This document shows, in pieces, positions 1-8,745 of a stretch of DNA of 59,771 nucleotides. A program made the translations under genes and the position numbers. The stretch comes from a virus (taxonomy: Duplodnaviria; Caudoviricetes): positions 1 through 59,771 of IMG/VR virus record IMGVR_UViG_3300035093_000006; one strand, 5' to 3'. The notes beneath the pieces were generated by a model that worked only from the letters and a program-made list of their open reading frames with translations, ran no database searches and was not told the origin of the DNA. Position 1 is the stretch's first letter. Every line of letters starts with the position of its first letter.

Positions 1-327
1 CCCGCCGACCCGCGTGGTGTCAGGGGTACGAACGCGGCGGCGCGTCTCAAAGATCACTTCGGCCTCTGGGAAGAGGAACCGGTAGCGGCTCGTCGTGTGC
101 AGGCCCTGCTCGATCAGCTCCAGGTAGCCGCCCTCGGTCAGCTTCTGGAGACCTCGCCGCGCTGAGGCGGCATCGCACCGGGCCTTCGCGCCGATCGTCG
201 CCATGCTCATCCAGAGCTCGAAGTGGTGCTGATCGTTCGCCGAGTCCGCGAGCGCGAGGTGGACCGAGAACGTCGCGCCTCGGAACGGAGAGTGCCGGTA
301 GACCCAACCGGTGGCCTCTGCGCTCAT
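1..327 (-). CDS. Winged-HTH phage replication initiator-like protein, N-terminal part (runs off the left edge; not in the ORF track)
   Basis: Manual translation from ATG 327: MSAEATGWVYRHSPFRGATFSVHLALADSAND...WMSMATIGAKARCDAASARRGLQKLTEGGYLELIEQG...SRYRF. This is the HTH_36-like pattern typical of actinophage RepA-like N-termini. Open to base 1. Confidence 0.7.
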   Translation of the reverse strand, partial: MSAEATGWVYRHSPFRGATFSVHLALADSANDQHHFELWMSMATIGAKARCDAASARRGLQKLTEGGYLELIEQGLHTTSRYRFLFPEAEVIFETRRRVRTPDTTRVGG

Positions 328-351
328 CGCCGCTCCCGTCGTCCTTGCGGG

Positions 352-445
352 GCAGCCGAGCGGTGGTCGGGTATGGTGCTCCCGAGCCGAGCGGCTGCAT
401 CCGCTCGGTGAAGCGGAACCGGGAGTGCCCCCGGTGTCCCGCTTC
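352..445. promoter_or_regulatory. Structured leader or candidate antisense RNA upstream of the replication initiator
   Basis: Hairpins 387-408 and 410-445; GCCGAGCGG repeated at 355 and 386; + strand -10-like TATGGT at 372-377. Confidence 0.4.
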
Positions 446-522
446 CAGTACGGGGGTCACTCTGAACGATCCGCGCGCAGAAGTGGGGGACCCGAGGTCC
501 GCCGATCGCGCGCCGTCATCGG

Positions 523-771
523 CTATGGGTGCCGCGGGTTCTCGGTCGTCTGCTCGGCGACGCGCCCCCACCGGCAGAGCCAGCACCACACCGTCACCGT
601 GCGCGTCGTCCCGCCGTAGCCGCCGTGGAAGAACAGCGCGCGCTGATCCTCGGTGATGCGGAACGTCGGCGCGCCGCAGTCGGGGCACGACTCGCTCGAC
701 ACCGGAACCAGCGCGGTGCTCGTCCGCTCGCGCCGTGTGCGCGCCGGCGGACTGAACAGGTGCTCGGTCAC
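523..771 (-). CDS. Small zinc-finger protein
   Basis: CPDC...CWLC; GTG start overlaps the upstream stop (GTGA). Confidence 0.6.
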   Translation of the reverse strand: MTEHLFSPPARTRRERTSTALVPVSSESCPDCGAPTFRITEDQRALFFHGGYGGTTRTVTVWCWLCRWGRVAEQTTENPRHP

Positions 772-989
772 GCGCTCGTCAGCTCGAGCCAGACCTGAAT
801 GTGAGCGAGCACCGCGCACCGGTCGTCCGGGTTCTCCACGAGCGCGGTCCACACGTCGATCAGCGCGCACTGGATCGCCGCGCGCGCGGCCGGGTCCGCG
901 AACAGTGGAGGGGCAACCGCGATGACCTCGGCGATCGCGGCGCGGGCCTGGTCGAGTTCGGCCGTGGTCGCGGGGGAGTGCTCAGTCAC
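768..989 (-). CDS. Hypothetical protein
   Basis: 73-aa ORF translationally coupled within the leftward operon. Confidence 0.6.
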   Translation of the reverse strand: MTEHSPATTAELDQARAAIAEVIAVAPPLFADPAARAAIQCALIDVWTALVENPDDRCAVLAHIQVWLELTSA

Positions 990-1341
990 GGTTGTGCTCC
1001 AGGAGTGATCGGGTGTTTGCCATCACGCTTCTCAGCGCGCCGAGCTGCTCGCGAATGTTCCGGCTCGCTTCGATAGCGGCGTGCAGCACTGCTTCGGTCG
1101 TCTCCAACGTGCTCGCTTCCTTCTGCGCGGCGAGGTACGCCTGCGCCTTCTTCTCGTCTACCGTGCCCTCCGCTTTCAGGAGCGCCTCGGCGTGCGCTAC
1201 CTCGTACGCGACCTTGGCCTGAGCGCGTGCACGGCCCCGCCGGTAGACCTTCGTCGTCGCCGACTCCAACAGGCCCACGAACCGCACGATCTCCTTCTCG
1301 ACCGCGACAGGATTGATGTTGGCCGGGTCGAGTTGCGTCAC
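982..1341 (-). CDS. Coiled-coil protein, possible recombination mediator (UvsY-like)
   Basis: All-helical 119 aa (GTVDEKKAQA...IREQLGALRS) directly downstream of the annealing protein; function inferred from context. Confidence 0.5.
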   Translation of the reverse strand: MTQLDPANINPVAVEKEIVRFVGLLESATTKVYRRGRARAQAKVAYEVAHAEALLKAEGTVDEKKAQAYLAAQKEASTLETTEAVLHAAIEASRNIREQLGALRSVMANTRSLLEHNRD

Positions 1342-1892
1342 TGGTTGATCTTCTCAACGAACGCAAGCGCATCGTTCACCTGGTTCGCAGGGAACGCTCC
1401 GAAGTCCTCGGGGAGCCCCGCCTCGCTCCACCCATCGGGCAGCACGTCCGCGAACCCCTTGCCGTCGAGCTTCTTCTTCAGCAGCACGATCTGGCGCTCG
1501 GTCGCGATCCCATCGGCGCGTGGGGCGGACGACTGGCGGGCGTCCTCCCGGTTGCGCACGTCCTCCTGGCTCGCGACCGCGGACGACTCCGAAGCGAGCA
1601 CCGCGACGATCGCCCGGCCCCATGCCGAGGTCTCCGCGTTCTGCACCTCGGAGTCCTTCGTGTACGGGGTCGGCCCCGGGAACGGCTCCCACGCCGTCCC
1701 GATCCCTGGGCGCGGATCTTCGGGGCTGCGGTACGCGGCGGCCGAGTAGCAGACGAACGTCCGCCCGCCGACCTCCTCGATCCAGAACGGCCGGGACGGG
1801 TCCGCCGGCTGCAGTGATCCGTCGGGGTGCTTCTCGCGAAACTCGGCGATGCGCTCGGGCACCGTCTTGTAGCCGGCCAGGTCGAACGCCAT
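1338..1892 (-). CDS. Single-strand annealing protein (Rad52/Sak-like superfamily)
   Basis: YKTVPERIAEFREKHPDG ... EVQNAETSAWGRAI motif; RBS GAGGAAGGGACC upstream. Confidence 0.7.
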   Translation of the reverse strand: MAFDLAGYKTVPERIAEFREKHPDGSLQPADPSRPFWIEEVGGRTFVCYSAAAYRSPEDPRPGIGTAWEPFPGPTPYTKDSEVQNAETSAWGRAIVAVLASESSAVASQEDVRNREDARQSSAPRADGIATERQIVLLKKKLDGKGFADVLPDGWSEAGLPEDFGAFPANQVNDALAFVEKINQ

Positions 1893-1922
1893 GTGCGGGG
1901 GGTCCCTTCCTCAGTGGAGTGC

Positions 1923-1939
1923 GTACCCCCATACGGTAC
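1923..1939 (-). promoter_or_regulatory. Palindromic operator/promoter, copy 1 (GTACCGTATGGGGGTAC)
   Basis: Matches the 7-copy consensus GTACC-GTATNNN-GGTAC; heads the leftward operon. Confidence 0.75.
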
Positions 1940-2005
1940 TACGGCCCTGGGACATCTACCGGGAATCCGTGGTTGATTCTCCGCGTAACGGCGTAGAATG
2001 GCCGC

Positions 2006-2386
2006 ATGGACCTGACGGCCTGCCCATTGGCCCACGGCGACAACATCGACGGCCTCTGCTCCTGGTGCGGGTCGCGACTCCCGCGCGGCCGGGCGCGCTG
2101 GTGCTCGGACGACTGCTCCCACGCCTGGGCCGAGAACCACATCTGGACGACCGCCCGCAAGGCCCGCCTCAAGCGCGACGCCCACCGCTGCTCCATCTGC
2201 GGCTCCACGGACGCGCTCCACGTCCACCACGACCCGCCGGTGAACCCCCGGATCGGGTACCGGCGCTCGTGTGCCCACCACCAGGACCGGCTGCGCACCC
2301 TCTGCGCGGCCCACCACGTCGCCGTCCATGTTGCGATGCGCGCGCCCGCCGGGACCGTGACTCAACTCGCCATGATCGCTGCCTAG
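2006..2386 (+). CDS. HNH endonuclease with N-terminal Cys cluster
   Basis: RDAHRCSICGSTDALHVHH...LRTLCAAHH; TAGAAT -10 ends 6 nt before the ATG (leaderless). Confidence 0.75.
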   Translation: MDLTACPLAHGDNIDGLCSWCGSRLPRGRARWCSDDCSHAWAENHIWTTARKARLKRDAHRCSICGSTDALHVHHDPPVNPRIGYRRSCAHHQDRLRTLCAAHHVAVHVAMRAPAGTVTQLAMIAA

Positions 2387-2424
2387 TCCATCGTTGTGCG
2401 CTTGCCATTATGTAGAATGATGGC

Positions 2425-2991
2425 ATGGCACTGACGATCGAAGACCGGTTCTGGTTGAAGGTCGACAAGGACGGGCCAACCCCCGAGCATTGCCCGGACC
2501 TCGGCCCCTGCTGGCTCTGGACCGGTACCCGCATATTTTCGCAGCCGGAGCGCATCAAGGGCTGGACGAGTGGTGGTTACGGGCAGTGCTGGGGCGGTGT
2601 CGAACGCGGGAAGATGTACGCGCACCGATGGTCGTGGGAGATCGCCAACGGCCCGATCCCCGACGGGCTGAAGGTGCTCCACCGCTGCGATGCCCCGCCA
2701 TGCGTGCGCCCGTCCCATCTGTTCCTCGGCACGGTCAAAGACAACGCCCGGGACATGACCGACAAAGGTCGAGCACGGGGCCGATGGGGCGAGACCCACC
2801 ACACTGCGAAGCTGAGCAACGACCATGTTCGCGAGATCCGTGCCCGCCATGCCCAGGGGGAGACGGGCCGGGATCTGGCCGCCGACTACGGCGTGGCCCA
2901 TTCGACCATTTCACGCATCGTGAACTTCAAGATGCGTAGGTCGCTGGTTGACGATCCCCGGAAAGTCTTCGGGGCTGATCTGTCCGCCTGA
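2425..2991 (+). CDS. HNH homing endonuclease with C-terminal HTH
   Basis: RFWLKVDK..CWLWTG..GYG..AHRWSWE..GPIPDGL.VLHRCD.P.CVRPSHL..GTVKDN; C-terminal RDLAADYGVAHSTISRIV; TAGAAT at 2413. Confidence 0.9.
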   Translation: MALTIEDRFWLKVDKDGPTPEHCPDLGPCWLWTGTRIFSQPERIKGWTSGGYGQCWGGVERGKMYAHRWSWEIANGPIPDGLKVLHRCDAPPCVRPSHLFLGTVKDNARDMTDKGRARGRWGETHHTAKLSNDHVREIRARHAQGETGRDLAADYGVAHSTISRIVNFKMRRSLVDDPRKVFGADLSA

Positions 2992-3006
2992 GGGTCCTTC
3001 CCCTGC

Positions 3007-3023
3007 GTACCGTATGGTGGTAC
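3007..3023 (+). promoter_or_regulatory. Palindromic operator/promoter, copy 2 (GTACCGTATGGTGGTAC)
   Basis: Consensus match; heads the rightward early operon containing the XRE regulator. Confidence 0.75.
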
Positions 3024-3033
3024 GGTGTCGGGC

Positions 3034-3510
3034 ATGACGCAGACCGAGACGTGGATCGACAAGAGCGCCTGGGGTGTCGGGCCGTGGACGGAGGAGCCCG
3101 ACCGGGTGGAGTGGTACTTCCGCGACATCGCGTGCCTCGCGCTACGCCACCCGGACTCGGGCCACTGGTGCGGGTACGCCGCGGTCCATCCCGGTCACCC
3201 GTGGCACGGTCGTGACTTCATGGATCTGGACCTCGACGTTCACGGGGGCCTCACGTTCTCCGCTCCATGCGCGCCACCGAGCGACGAGCGAGCCAAGCGT
3301 GAGCAGGTCTGCCACGTACCGCGCCCCGGGGAGCCTGACGCCGTGTGGTGGCTCGGCTTCGATTGCTCCCACGCCTGGGACATCGCGCCCGCCCGCGCCG
3401 CGCGACACCGCGAGTTCGCTCCCGGTCCCGACGAGGTCTACCGCCGCATCGGCTACGTGAAGATGCAAGCGCAAGCCCTCGCCCACCAGATCCTCGGAGC
3501 CGCCTCGTGA
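3034..3510 (+). CDS. Conserved phage hypothetical protein
   Basis: GHWCGYAAV..VHGGLTFS..WWLGFDCSHAWD motif common in phage early genes. Confidence 0.75.
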   Translation: MTQTETWIDKSAWGVGPWTEEPDRVEWYFRDIACLALRHPDSGHWCGYAAVHPGHPWHGRDFMDLDLDVHGGLTFSAPCAPPSDERAKREQVCHVPRPGEPDAVWWLGFDCSHAWDIAPARAARHREFAPGPDEVYRRIGYVKMQAQALAHQILGAAS

Positions 3511-3749
3511 GCCGCCGCAGTGGACCCAACGAACACTCAGCCGCCGTCGGCGCCGAAGTCCGCCGCCTCCGCACCGAGCGCGGCTGGTCGATGGCCGACC
3601 TGGCGCGCGAGCTCGGCTGGCTCAAGTCGAAGGTGCAGCGCATCGAGGAAGGCACCGGGTTCTTGAGCGTGGACGACCTGATGCCGTTGGCGCGCGCGCT
3701 GAAGGTGCGCGCGCAGAAGCTGCTGGACGCGGGCAAGGTGCCCGCGTAG
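3507..3749 (+). CDS. XRE/Cro-CI family HTH transcriptional regulator
   Basis: VGAEVRRLRTERGWSMADLARELGWLKSKVQRIEEG...LARALKV; GTG overlaps the previous stop. Confidence 0.85.
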   Translation: MSRRSGPNEHSAAVGAEVRRLRTERGWSMADLARELGWLKSKVQRIEEGTGFLSVDDLMPLARALKVRAQKLLDAGKVPA

Positions 3750-3783
3750 ATCGACCGGAACCACCGACTGAAGGGACCCCCGA

Positions 3784-4059
3784 ATGAGCGCCTACACCGT
3801 GGACGACGTACTGGAGATGCTGGACGACATCAGGAACGACCTCGAACCGTCCGCACGGGACGCGTGGTGGCACGCGCTGGAGAAGACCGACCACTTCACG
3901 CTCGCTCGCGACCTGGAGGTTGACCACGGCGCCGCGGTGATCGCGGCATCGGCGTTCTGCCCGAACCGACAGGGTGAGACGGACGGGCTCAACGTCCACG
4001 GCACGCTCTCGCCGTGCGCCGCGTGCACCACCATCGCGATCAAAGCGCTGGCCGCATGA
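3784..4059 (+). CDS. Hypothetical protein
   Basis: 91 aa; GAAGGGACC RBS at 3770; C/H-containing C-terminus. Confidence 0.65.
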   Translation: MSAYTVDDVLEMLDDIRNDLEPSARDAWWHALEKTDHFTLARDLEVDHGAAVIAASAFCPNRQGETDGLNVHGTLSPCAACTTIAIKALAA

Positions 4060-4397
4060 CCTCCGCCCTCCGCGAGATCGTCCCCCAAGCCCTCGTGATC
4101 GCGGGTGTGTTCGGCCTCGTCGCGATCTCGGTCCGTCTCAAGCGCCGCCCCCGCTCCATCCCGCGCATGTTCGTCACCCAGACCTGCTCGCACCGTCTCC
4201 GCTCCCAACAGATCCCCGGTGCGCAGGTGGCCGAGGTGCTCGCCGACCCGTCGATGCGCTGGCGCGAGAACGGTGACCGAATCGCGATCGGCAACGGACT
4301 ACGGATCACGTACCGGAAAGAGAAGCCGGGCTGGTTGGTGATCGCGGTGGAGCGGACTCCGATGCACCCTTCGATGCAGTCCGGGTGGGGGCAGTGA
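4056..4397 (+). CDS. Membrane-anchored protein with DUF4258-like C-terminal domain
   Basis: N-terminal TM segment, then FVTQTCSHRLRSQQIPGAQVAEVLADP...LRITYR...LVIAVE, resembling the DUF4258 pattern. Confidence 0.45.
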   Translation: MTSALREIVPQALVIAGVFGLVAISVRLKRRPRSIPRMFVTQTCSHRLRSQQIPGAQVAEVLADPSMRWRENGDRIAIGNGLRITYRKEKPGWLVIAVERTPMHPSMQSGWGQ

Positions 4398-4508
4398 GCC
4401 GCGGTCGCAACCGCCGGTGGGGCACACCCGGCGACTGGCAACGCCTGATCCGGGTCACTATCCACCGACGCGCGCGCCGTGGAAGCGCAACGTACGAAGG
4501 TACGCGCG

Positions 4509-4661
4509 GTGACCTCCCTCCCGATCGTCCCTCCCCTGCCCGACCAGTTCTCCCTCTTCGACGCGTTCCCCGGCGCGCGCGTCATCACCGAGCCGAAACA
4601 GATCGCAGACGTGGAGCTCGGCCCCGAGTCGGCCGCGTCGTTCACTGAGACGGAGGCGTGA
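4509..4661 (+). CDS. Small hypothetical protein
   Basis: Stop coupled to the next gene; start uncertain. Confidence 0.4.
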   Translation: MTSLPIVPPLPDQFSLFDAFPGARVITEPKQIADVELGPESAASFTETEA

Positions 4662-4867
4662 TGGGCGATCGAACCTTCTCGTTCACGGTGAGCGGACGAG
4701 GCAACGCGCTCCAGGTGGAGCACCGGGCCCGCGAGCGCGCCGCGGCGTTCGTGGGTGGCACCGCCTACAAGATCAAGATTCACGTCACAGAGGAAGCCAT
4801 CCCGGTGACCGGCGGGGACGGGCTCATAGCTGGTGACGCCACGGCTGAGTGCGTGGTGACGTGGTGA
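4658..4867 (+). CDS. Hypothetical protein
   Basis: Coupled ORF with GGAGG RBS. Confidence 0.6.
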   Translation: MMGDRTFSFTVSGRGNALQVEHRARERAAAFVGGTAYKIKIHVTEEAIPVTGGDGLIAGDATAECVVTW

Positions 4868-5088
4868 TCCACTTCTCGCTCAAGGCGACCGGCACCCACG
4901 AGCACATCGCCGCGCTGCTCCGTTCACTCGCGGACGACGTGGACGCGGGCCGGTTCACGGTCGGCCCCTCGTCGCGCTCGGTGGAGATTGCGGACGGGGC
5001 GGGCTACGACCTGCGGGTGACTCAGGCGGACGACGACCGGATGGTCCGGTGGGGCCTCAAGGCTCCCGACCCGGAGGCTGTGACGTGA
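4864..5088 (+). CDS. Hypothetical protein
   Basis: GTGA-coupled ORF. Confidence 0.6.
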   Translation: MIHFSLKATGTHEHIAALLRSLADDVDAGRFTVGPSSRSVEIADGAGYDLRVTQADDDRMVRWGLKAPDPEAVT

Positions 5089-5243
5089 ACGACTACACGG
5101 TGGCGTCCTTGTTCGTCTCGTGTGCCGCGTTCGTCCTCTGTGGTTGGGGAATCGCCACACGAGAGCCGGCGGTCAGTGCCGCCGCGGTCGTGGTCTCCAT
5201 CATCGCGGTCGGGCTAGCCGTCGCTGGGCTAGCCGCCGCATGA
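5085..5243 (+). CDS. Small two-TM membrane protein
   Basis: Two hydrophobic segments; coupled start. Confidence 0.6.
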   Translation: MNDYTVASLFVSCAAFVLCGWGIATREPAVSAAAVVVSIIAVGLAVAGLAAA

Positions 5244-5479
5244 CGCTCATCGACGCGCGCCAACTGCGCTCCGAGTTCCGCAACCCCGAGAACCTCAGCC
5301 ACGCGCTCTGCTGCCTCCTGGGAGTCGGAGACCAGTGCTTCTGCGGTGCGCTCGCGACCGACGCGGACGAACCCGAGCCGGAGGACGTGTGCCCGGCGTG
5401 CGCAGAGATCATGCGCGCGGCGGGGTTCGGTCGCTGTCCCTACGGTGGGGCGCGATGCCCTGCTCCGACGAAAGGCTGA
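5240..5479 (+). CDS. Small Cys-rich protein
   Basis: HALCC..CFCG..CPAC..CP..CP. Confidence 0.6.
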   Translation: MTLIDARQLRSEFRNPENLSHALCCLLGVGDQCFCGALATDADEPEPEDVCPACAEIMRAAGFGRCPYGGARCPAPTKG

Positions 5480-5485
5480 GGAGTC

Positions 5486-5680
5486 ATGGCGTACAAGACG
5501 GTGGTTCAGGAACTGCGGCTCGGCGACCGCGTCATGGTCGAAGACGTGGTCTTCACGGTCACGTCACTCGCGCGCGTGGAGGCAGACGACGACGTGATCC
5601 TGGTCGGGGTGAAGTCGAAGGGCTCGGAGAAGACCGAGTTCCGATGGAAGGCGCTCGCCGAGGTACCGGGTCCGGCCTGA
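5486..5680 (+). CDS. Small beta-rich hypothetical protein
   Basis: VQELRLGDRV... with GAGGAG RBS. Confidence 0.6.
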   Translation: MAYKTVVQELRLGDRVMVEDVVFTVTSLARVEADDDVILVGVKSKGSEKTEFRWKALAEVPGPA

Positions 5681-6336
5681 TGCCCACCGTCCTCGCCCCC
5701 CCACCCCGCGCCGGCGACTGCACCGCGCTGCTCGAGGACTTCATCAACGCGCAGGGCTTCGGCACCACGATCACGTTCCCTCAGACGGCGCGCTACGTCT
5801 GCGAGCAGAACGTGAGAATCCGCGAGAAGGTCGGCCTGGTCGTCCAGGTCATCCCGCTGCGTCGCTACGGCCACCACAAGCGCAAGCCCTCCGGCGCCGA
5901 GGACAACGTGAGGGTGGAGCACCTCACGCTCCAGTCCTGCCTGGGAGTGCGCATCGTGGGCGCGAACATCATCGGCCCCAAACGCCCGGAGACGGGCTAC
6001 ACCGACGCCCAGGAAGGCCAGGCCGCGATCGGGCTGCACGGCTGCGCGCGCTGCTCGGTCGAGAGCTCCGGGCTCCAGCACGTCCACGGCGACTTCATCT
6101 ACCTCGGTAGCCGTGGCGGGACACCCTGCCGGGACATCACGCTGACCGACAACCGCGGCTTCGACGCCGGCAGACACGGGATCTGCGTCACTGCGCTGCA
6201 CGGTGCGCTGATCCGCGGCAACACGATGCGCGACTTCCACCGCGACGGCTACCACACCGAACGCTCCCGCAAGGGGGACGGGTGGTCAGGGATCGTACGA
6301 TCGGGGAACACGTTCGAGAAGGCGAAGAAGGGCTGA
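5680..6336 (+). CDS. Right-handed parallel beta-helix repeat protein
   Basis: HVHGDFIYLG..DITLTDN...GRHGICVT...LIRGN periodicity typical of beta-helix coils. Confidence 0.65.
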   Translation: MPTVLAPPPRAGDCTALLEDFINAQGFGTTITFPQTARYVCEQNVRIREKVGLVVQVIPLRRYGHHKRKPSGAEDNVRVEHLTLQSCLGVRIVGANIIGPKRPETGYTDAQEGQAAIGLHGCARCSVESSGLQHVHGDFIYLGSRGGTPCRDITLTDNRGFDAGRHGICVTALHGALIRGNTMRDFHRDGYHTERSRKGDGWSGIVRSGNTFEKAKKG

Positions 6337-6340
6337 GCCG

Positions 6341-6781
6341 ATGGGAACGATTCTGCGCAACGTCGCACCGCGAGAACGCGGCCACGAAGTCAGGACCGAC
6401 CTCTCGATTCGCCAGTGCTCCGAGTGCTCGATCATCTACGCGATCCCCGAGTGGCTGCACTCCCGCGCCCGCAAGAACCCGGAGGTCTCCTGGTACTGCC
6501 CGAACGGCCACAGCCAGCACTACCCGGGCGACACGCCTGAGCGCCGAGCGCAGCGGGCAATCGAACGGGCAGAGAGCGCCGAGGCGATGGTGACCCACTA
6601 CTCGGACCAACTCGAAGCCGAGCGCCGCTCCAAGGCCGCAGTGAAGGGCCACCTGACCCGAGCCCGTCGTCGCGGGGGTGCCGGACTCTGCCCGGTGGAG
6701 GGCTGCCGGCGCCACTTCCCGAACCTCTCGCGCCACCTGGACGACCAGCACCCGGGCTACGTCGAGAGCCTGAACACGTGA
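6341..6781 (+). CDS. Zinc-binding phage protein with C-terminal C2H2 finger
   Basis: CSEC..WYCPNGH..coiled coil..CPVEGCRRHFPNLSRHLDDQHP. Confidence 0.7.
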   Translation: MGTILRNVAPRERGHEVRTDLSIRQCSECSIIYAIPEWLHSRARKNPEVSWYCPNGHSQHYPGDTPERRAQRAIERAESAEAMVTHYSDQLEAERRSKAAVKGHLTRARRRGGAGLCPVEGCRRHFPNLSRHLDDQHPGYVESLNT

Positions 6782-7422
6782 CCCGCACACTCACGCTCCA
6801 CCAGCCCCACGCCTCACTCGTCGCGGTGGGGGCAAAGACCATTGAGACCCGCGGATGGAAGGCACCGGACGCGGCGATCGGGGAACGACTCCTCATCCAC
6901 GCAGGGAAACGGGCGCCCGAGGATGGTCTAACGCTCGCCGGGTGGACGGTGACCCCAGGCGCTAACTCTCCGTGGCTGATGATCCCGCCACGCGCCGGGA
7001 TGCAGGTCACGGTGCTGCCCCTCGGTGCGATCGTCGCCTCCTGCGTCCTGACCGATTGCGTGCCGACAGAGGAAGTCGCATTCTGCAAGGGCGATTACCT
7101 CCGTGCCGAGGGCGTGCGGTGGGACCGCTCGCAACTGTCCGGCGCGCTCTACGTCGTGGCCGAGGAAGAGGCGTTTGGCGACTACTCCGACAACAGGTGG
7201 GCGTGGCTCCTGTCCGACATCAAGCCGACCACCGAACGCTGCCCGCGTTGCTGGAATCAGTTCGAGGGCCGGATGCCGGGCCACGTCTACGGCTCCAACT
7301 GGGACTTCGTTCCCTGCCAGACGTGCAACGGCGACGGGAAGACCGACCCGATCCCCGCCACCGGCAAGCAAGGACTCTGGCGGTGGGAACCCCACGCCGC
7401 GTCGACCGCTGCGCGAGACTGA
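6778..7422 (+). CDS. ASCH domain protein with inserted Zn-finger
   Basis: LTLHQPHASLVAVGAKTIETRGW..LLIHAGK..LPLGAIVA..FGDYS..R.AW.L..P.PATGKQGLW; CPRC...CQTCNGDG insert. Confidence 0.85.
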   Translation: MTRTLTLHQPHASLVAVGAKTIETRGWKAPDAAIGERLLIHAGKRAPEDGLTLAGWTVTPGANSPWLMIPPRAGMQVTVLPLGAIVASCVLTDCVPTEEVAFCKGDYLRAEGVRWDRSQLSGALYVVAEEEAFGDYSDNRWAWLLSDIKPTTERCPRCWNQFEGRMPGHVYGSNWDFVPCQTCNGDGKTDPIPATGKQGLWRWEPHAASTAARD

Positions 7423-7458
7423 CCCCTACCTCGCAGAGGACCAGCTACCCGGGCTGCA

Positions 7459-7474
7459 ATCGGGACGCAAGGGA
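7459..7474 (+). promoter_or_regulatory. 16-bp leader motif ATCGGGACGCAAGGGA, copy 1
   Basis: Identical to 16967-16982; immediately before the small terminase start. Confidence 0.55.
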
Positions 7475-7477
7475 CAG

Positions 7478-8191
7478 ATGGCGAACGACACGAAGCGCAG
7501 CGCACCTACGACGGAACCCCGACGGGCGACCTCGGTGCCAATGGATCTGGACCTGCCGGCCCCGTGGGAGCGCGCGACCGACGAGACCCCGAAGCAGTTC
7601 GCCGCCTTCTGCACCTACCGCGACCTGCCCCCGTGGTCGCGATCCCTCGCCAAAGCGGCCCGTCTCCACCTCGAGCTCCCCGAGGGTGATCTGACCCAGG
7701 CCCAGGAGCGGTCGATCCGCACGACCCGCAACGAGTGGGGGAAGTGGTCCGCCGAGTACGGCTGGCCCATGCGCGCGAGCGAGCACGACACCTACCTGGA
7801 CAAGGTCCGCCAGTTCGAGGCCATCGAGCAGATCAAGGCCCTGGTGGGCCACCACGCCGACGCCGGCCGTGCTCTGCGCCTGGCGGGCCTCCAGGCCCTC
7901 GCGGCCCGGCTGCAGCCCGCTGAGGGGGTACAGCACACCATCGGGGACGGGAAGCGCAGAGCCGCGGAGGACCGGGTCATCATGCACTTCATCACCGAGG
8001 GAGCGAAGCTGGAGCGGGCCGCCTACGGCCTGCGGGTGGACCCCCAGGACGAGCCGGAGGGCGCGGTGGTGGTGCCCCAGGATCTGGCCCGGGACCTGCT
8101 GAGAACCTCACCTGAGGTCGCTACCGCCGCCGCGGCGTTGGCGTTGGAGATGGCTCGGGCGGAACGAGTGGGGAAGAAGGTGGAGTTGTAG
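7478..8191 (+). CDS. terS: Terminase small subunit
   Basis: WERATDETPKQFAAFCTYRDL..RSLAKAA..WGKWS..W.MRA..HD motif; upstream of terL. Confidence 0.7.
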   Translation: MANDTKRSAPTTEPRRATSVPMDLDLPAPWERATDETPKQFAAFCTYRDLPPWSRSLAKAARLHLELPEGDLTQAQERSIRTTRNEWGKWSAEYGWPMRASEHDTYLDKVRQFEAIEQIKALVGHHADAGRALRLAGLQALAARLQPAEGVQHTIGDGKRRAAEDRVIMHFITEGAKLERAAYGLRVDPQDEPEGAVVVPQDLARDLLRTSPEVATAAAALALEMARAERVGKKVEL

Positions 8192-8383
8192 ATGCCTCAC
8201 GGACTGTGCAACCTCTGTGGTCACCCGCTCGGAGCGGACCACTCGGACTGCCCGGGGCCGCACGGAGTGCCACCCGTGAAGCCTGCCGTGCGGTGTTGCC
8301 CGTTTTGGTGCGTGCTCGATCGCCACCACCTCGGACCGCACGAGCCACCGCCCCCGCCGATCCTCCCGGTGGAGGGGCTGTGA
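8192..8383 (+). CDS. Small Cys/His-rich protein
   Basis: CNLCGH..H..C; C..C.L..HH.G.H. Confidence 0.5.
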   Translation: MPHGLCNLCGHPLGADHSDCPGPHGVPPVKPAVRCCPFWCVLDRHHLGPHEPPPPPILPVEGL

Positions 8384-8745
8384 CCGAGAAACGCGCGCGG
8401 AATCCCCGAGGCGCCGGCCGACACCGGGTGAGCGACGAGCCGACCGTGGTCCTCCCTGCCCTGCGGGTCCCGAAATCCGTAAAAGCAAAGGCCGAGAAGG
8501 CTGCGCGAGCAGCGGGTCAGTCGCTCTCGGACTTCCGCCGGGCGCTCCTGATCCGCGGGACCAGTGCACCGACGACGCGCGCGGAATCACCAGCCAAGCC
8601 TGAACCGCGCGCGAAATCCGCCAAGGCGGTCGCTCGTCTCGCGGAACCATTCCCGCGCGTCGCGTCGAAGAAGTGCGAGTGCGCCCGGCCTCGTCCGCCG
8701 GCGACCGGCTACGGGATCTGCACCGGCTGCGGGAAGAAGCGATGA
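8380..8745 (+). CDS. Ribbon-helix-helix DNA-binding protein with C-terminal zinc ribbon
   Basis: ALRVPKSVKAKAEKAARAAGQSLSDFRRALL; C-terminal CEC...CTGCG. Confidence 0.65.
   Translation: MTEKRARNPRGAGRHRVSDEPTVVLPALRVPKSVKAKAEKAARAAGQSLSDFRRALLIRGTSAPTTRAESPAKPEPRAKSAKAVARLAEPFPRVASKKCECARPRPPATGYGICTGCGKKR

Noticed and set aside
4394-4648. Arg-rich ORF coupled to the 4397 stop
   Set aside because: It overlaps the better-looking 4509-4661 ORF over most of its length. I cannot decide between a real gene, a frameshifted gene and noise.
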